The notes below the pieces were generated by a model that saw only the letters and a program-made list of their open reading frames with translations, was not told the DNA's origin and made no database searches. A DNA stretch of 36,828 nucleotides. Source: a virus (taxonomy: Duplodnaviria; Caudoviricetes). Shown here piece after piece: positions 33,988 to 36,828 of the stretch (position 1 is its first letter; each line of letters begins with the position of its first letter). Made by a program: the position numbers and the translations under genes. The stretch is taken from positions 1 through 36,828 of IMG/VR virus record IMGVR_UViG_3300028599_000011, one strand, 5' to 3'.

Positions 33988-34152
33988 ATGTGGTTTAAGA
34001 AAAAAGAAGAAACTTATTTTTACTCTGGGGTAACTAAAGAAGGTAAGCCATTTTCAGAGTGCTTTACTACTAACGCAGGGTCAAAGATTGCCTGTGAAAT
34101 GGCAAGAAACAACCGATCAGATAGGCATATTAAATTTTTTACAAAACTATAA
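33988..34152 (+). CDS. Hypothetical 54-aa protein (not in ORF track)
   Basis: AGGGG RBS; MWFKKKEETYFYSG...FTKL. Confidence 0.55.
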   Translation: MWFKKKEETYFYSGVTKEGKPFSECFTTNAGSKIACEMARNNRSDRHIKFFTKL

Positions 34153-34161
34153 GGCGTAAAC

Positions 34162-34428
34162 ATGACTGATAGAGTAGCAGAGTGGATCAAACAAGCTAAG
34201 AAAAGAAACGGCACAAAATTAGCATGTGTTGACGAGCTAAATAAGGAATGCGGAACAGATATCCCTTTGAAAAGTCTTAATTCAATGGAGACAGGAAATA
34301 GGAACGTACCTGATTCTATCCGTAGAAAAATGTTAGTTGACGTTCTTAAAGTGGAGCTGGCAAACATGCCGAGCTATAAGAGAAAGAAACTTATAGCCAA
34401 GTTACTTCTGCCGGTGAGGGTTAAATAA
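34162..34428 (+). CDS. Putative XRE/Cro-like HTH regulator
   Basis: Small and basic; SLNSMETGNRNVP resembles the XRE recognition-helix end. Confidence 0.6.
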   Translation: MTDRVAEWIKQAKKRNGTKLACVDELNKECGTDIPLKSLNSMETGNRNVPDSIRRKMLVDVLKVELANMPSYKRKKLIAKLLLPVRVK

Positions 34429-34637
34429 TGAAATTCACTAAATTTGAGATAAAAATAGGGCCGGAATTTTTTGTGCTGTTAATTGCTTTTTTGTTCCTAA
34501 TGTTTTCTTTTGTTGTTGATGATGATTTTGCTAGCAGGATGTGGAATGCGGGCATACTTATTTGGTTTGTTATTTACGCGTATGATTTTGGTAAGAGATT
34601 GCCGGTTGATGAAACAGAGGTAAGCGATAATGAGTGA
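34428..34637 (+). CDS. Small 2-TM membrane protein
   Basis: Two hydrophobic helices; TAATG coupling. Confidence 0.65.
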   Translation: MKFTKFEIKIGPEFFVLLIAFLFLMFSFVVDDDFASRMWNAGILIWFVIYAYDFGKRLPVDETEVSDNE

Positions 34638-34800
34638 TGTAATTATCTTAGAGGACTATAAAAAAGATCGTGATTATGATCGAATTATGGATGAAATATT
34701 CTATCCAGATAACATCACCTATGTTGAGCATATCAATATTGAAGTGCCTATGACAAACGAAACTATGGATAAAATACTAAAGGACATTCTTGATGATTGA
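34630..34800 (+). CDS. Acidic 56-aa protein (not in ORF track)
   Basis: GAGG RBS; MSDVIILEDYKK...ILDD. Confidence 0.55.
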   Translation: MSDVIILEDYKKDRDYDRIMDEIFYPDNITYVEHINIEVPMTNETMDKILKDILDD

Positions 34801-34942
34801 TAAAGACCCACTAAAAGACTTAACAAAACTTCTTGAGGAAAAATACAAGGAGATTATTGAGCTGAAAAGAGAAAAAGGCCAGCTATGCGAGCAGATAATG
34901 AAGCTGGAGTATATTATAGAAACTTTCGAGGTGAAAAAATGA
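34793..34942 (+). CDS. 49-aa coiled-coil protein (not in ORF track)
   Basis: AAGGA RBS; overlaps both neighbours. Confidence 0.55.
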   Translation: MIDKDPLKDLTKLLEEKYKEIIELKREKGQLCEQIMKLEYIIETFEVKK

Positions 34943-35259
34943 GTATGGTCTCGCCTTTATGGAAAGACAACCCTATAAGAAGCAAGAAATATCTAAAGTG
35001 GGTGAGAACGCTAGATTGCTGTTTTTGTGGTGGCCCTGGCGGTGTTGCACATCACGCAATCGGAGTCGGTGAGGGCGGAATGGGAACGAAAGCATCAGAT
35101 TTTGAAACCATGCCTTCATGCTGGATCTGTCATGACGGTAAATTTCACAGATTAGATCTGTTTCCAGGACTCAGACAGGATCAATGGCGATTTGTAGCTA
35201 AAACACTTCAGAAAGCCATTAAAGACGGCATAATAAGTGAGATTCAAGATGAGTTATGA
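34939..35259 (+). CDS. DUF968-family (HNH-like Zn) protein
   Basis: RSKKYLKWVR.L.CCFCG..HH..G...GGMGTKASD...P.C..CH; ATG 34939 after GAGGTG. Confidence 0.8.
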   Translation: MSMVSPLWKDNPIRSKKYLKWVRTLDCCFCGGPGGVAHHAIGVGEGGMGTKASDFETMPSCWICHDGKFHRLDLFPGLRQDQWRFVAKTLQKAIKDGIISEIQDEL

Positions 35260-35443
35260 AAAGTCGCAAAATCTTTTGAAGGATATCCGAAATAAGACCG
35301 GGCTTAACGTTGTATGCCCTATATTAGAAAAGGGTAGGTGGAAGGTTTTTATTTTACCAGAAGATATGCCTAGCTATATTTACGACAGAGATAAACATTG
35401 GTATGACGTTTCATATCTATTGAAAATGGTTATAAATAATTAG
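35237..35443 (+). CDS. Hypothetical protein
   Basis: ORF overlapping the DUF968 end; start uncertain. Confidence 0.55.
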   Translation: MRFKMSYEKSQNLLKDIRNKTGLNVVCPILEKGRWKVFILPEDMPSYIYDRDKHWYDVSYLLKMVINN

Positions 35444-35471
35444 TGGCATGTTCACCGTAACAGTGTATGCT
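35444..35471 (+). promoter_or_regulatory. Putative recT-ssb promoter carrying the TTCACC-N6-GTG box
   Basis: TGGCAT-GTTCACCGTAACAGTG-TATGCT. Confidence 0.5.
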
Positions 35472-35492
35472 ATAGAAAAACGAGGGCAGAAA

Positions 35493-36620
35493 ATGAATAA
35501 TCTAGTTACACAAGTCGATAATGCAGTAACAGGCGCAGCCGGACAGTTCGTCTCTACGCTTTCTCAGTATAAGTGGGACTTGCTCCCAGATTCCCAGCTA
35601 CACGCCGCCAAGCAAGCTCTAACGAAGAATGATTATATTATGAATGTAGCGGCTAATAACCCAGAATCAGTTCATGAATCGCTTATTCAGGCAGCTATCC
35701 TCGGCTTAGACTTGACGGAAGGGAAACGGCAAGGTTGGTTATTACCGAGAAAGAGTCAGAAAAAAGATGCTAAAGGTAACGCCATCACAAACATACAACT
35801 TCAAGTCGGTTATAAGGGAGTTGAAGCCATTCATCAGAGAATGGGGGTAATTGACCGCTTAGTTATTCGGGTTGTGAGAAAAAATGATTCGTTTGAATGG
35901 TCTGGCGACGATCAAGAAAAACCAAAGCATGAGGCTGATTGGTTTGCAGACAACGAAACACGGGGAGAAATATCAGGCGCGTTCGCAATTACTTATTTAC
36001 CAGACGGGAACATACATGTCGTTGTTGCTCCAATAACAGATATTTTTGAGAAACATCGCGACCGCTCAGAGTCCTATAAATCTTATAAAGCCAAAACAGA
36101 TAAAAAGCAATGGGCGCATGAGCCGCCTTGGGTGTCTGATGAAAAATCAATGGTCGAAAAGACCATGGCGTATATCGCAGCGAAGCAATGGCCTGCAAAT
36201 ATCCGAGACAGCGAGCAATCTTCTAAGATACTACAAACCCTACACGAAACAGATATTGCGGATTATAACTACCAGTACACCACACAACAAAAAGAAGCTT
36301 TCTATTCATTCATCGAAAATGACGATCCACTAGGCATGTTTTTATTTGAAAAGCGTGTAGATATGGAAGTTTACACCTCGTTACATCGTGGAATGATCGG
36401 CGCTATTCCTCGTGGAGGGAAAACTCAGAGAAGAAAAGAACACGCCGATTTTGTCAGTACTGGCGAAAATGTTTTCTTTGATATTCTTAAATCATTAGAC
36501 AGTAAAGATGCAGGCCAATTATCTGAAAATGTAGAGGGTTGTTCAGAGATAACTATGAAACTATTGAATGCCGCTCTAAATAAAGATCAACAACGAGAGT
36601 TTGAGGAATTAATGAAATGA
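35493..36620 (+). CDS. recT: RecT/Redbeta-family single-strand annealing protein
   Basis: AAILGLDL, WLLPR, QLQVGYKG, VRKNDSF, PW..D..SM..KT; ATG 35493 after GAGGGCAG. Confidence 0.9.
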   Translation: MNNLVTQVDNAVTGAAGQFVSTLSQYKWDLLPDSQLHAAKQALTKNDYIMNVAANNPESVHESLIQAAILGLDLTEGKRQGWLLPRKSQKKDAKGNAITNIQLQVGYKGVEAIHQRMGVIDRLVIRVVRKNDSFEWSGDDQEKPKHEADWFADNETRGEISGAFAITYLPDGNIHVVVAPITDIFEKHRDRSESYKSYKAKTDKKQWAHEPPWVSDEKSMVEKTMAYIAAKQWPANIRDSEQSSKILQTLHETDIADYNYQYTTQQKEAFYSFIENDDPLGMFLFEKRVDMEVYTSLHRGMIGAIPRGGKTQRRKEHADFVSTGENVFFDILKSLDSKDAGQLSENVEGCSEITMKLLNAALNKDQQREFEELMK

Positions 36621-36828
36621 GCAGTTTAAATCAATGTCAGTTTATAGGTAATTTAGGAAAAGACCCTGAAGTACGATACACCTCAGACGGTAAAGCAATA
36701 GCCAGCTTCAGCCTTGCTTGCTCTGAGAAATGGAAAGATAAAAACTCAGGCGAACAAGTGGAAAAAACAGAGTGGATCAATATCTCTGCATTCGGAAGAT
36801 TAGCTGAAGTAATGGGCGAATACCTAAA
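36617..36828 (+). CDS. ssb: Single-stranded DNA-binding protein (truncated by window end)
   Basis: MSSLNQCQFIGNLGKDPEVRYT..G..IASFSLA.SE.WKDK..GE..E.TEWI. Confidence 0.95.
   Translation, partial: MSSLNQCQFIGNLGKDPEVRYTSDGKAIASFSLACSEKWKDKNSGEQVEKTEWINISAFGRLAEVMGEYL

Noticed and set aside
1-36828. Integrase, att sites, CI repressor, terminal repeats, introns or inteins
   Set aside because: None recognisable; the window starts and ends inside genes, so lifestyle cannot be determined

Overview
Most of a tailed dsDNA phage genome with podovirus-type organisation; the two-component spanins point to a Gram-negative host. The plus strand from 1 to 26.1 kb carries an orphan amino-DNA methyltransferase, TerS/TerL and a P22-like portal. 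It continues with a ~7.3 kb cassette of large Thr/Gly/Ser-rich putative virion proteins, then scaffold, major capsid, decoration, adaptor/nozzle, three ejection proteins, tail fibre and lysis genes (GH108 endolysin, holin, Rz/Rz1). The minus strand from 26.1 to 31.9 kb is an early/accessory arm of small genes joined by short direct repeats. It includes a pentapeptide-repeat protein, a deleted C5-methyltransferase, a degenerate tRNA(CAT) and a CCA-ended microhelix. The plus strand from 32.4 to 36.8 kb holds YopX, small membrane proteins, an XRE-like HTH, DUF968, RecT and a truncated SSB. I saw no integrase, CI-type repressor, helicase or polymerase. The best candidate for an undescribed system is at 31650-32400, where two near-identical divergent promoters bracket an S4-like RNA-binding gene, a multi-stem RNA and a ~130-nt promoter-to-terminator sRNA. 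The predicted unpaired bulge of this sRNA (UUGCCCUC) is complementary to a GAGGGCAA-type ribosome-binding motif found in front of the first gene of nearly every predicted transcription unit. All family assignments come from motif recognition by eye and all RNA folds were done by hand; no searches were run.
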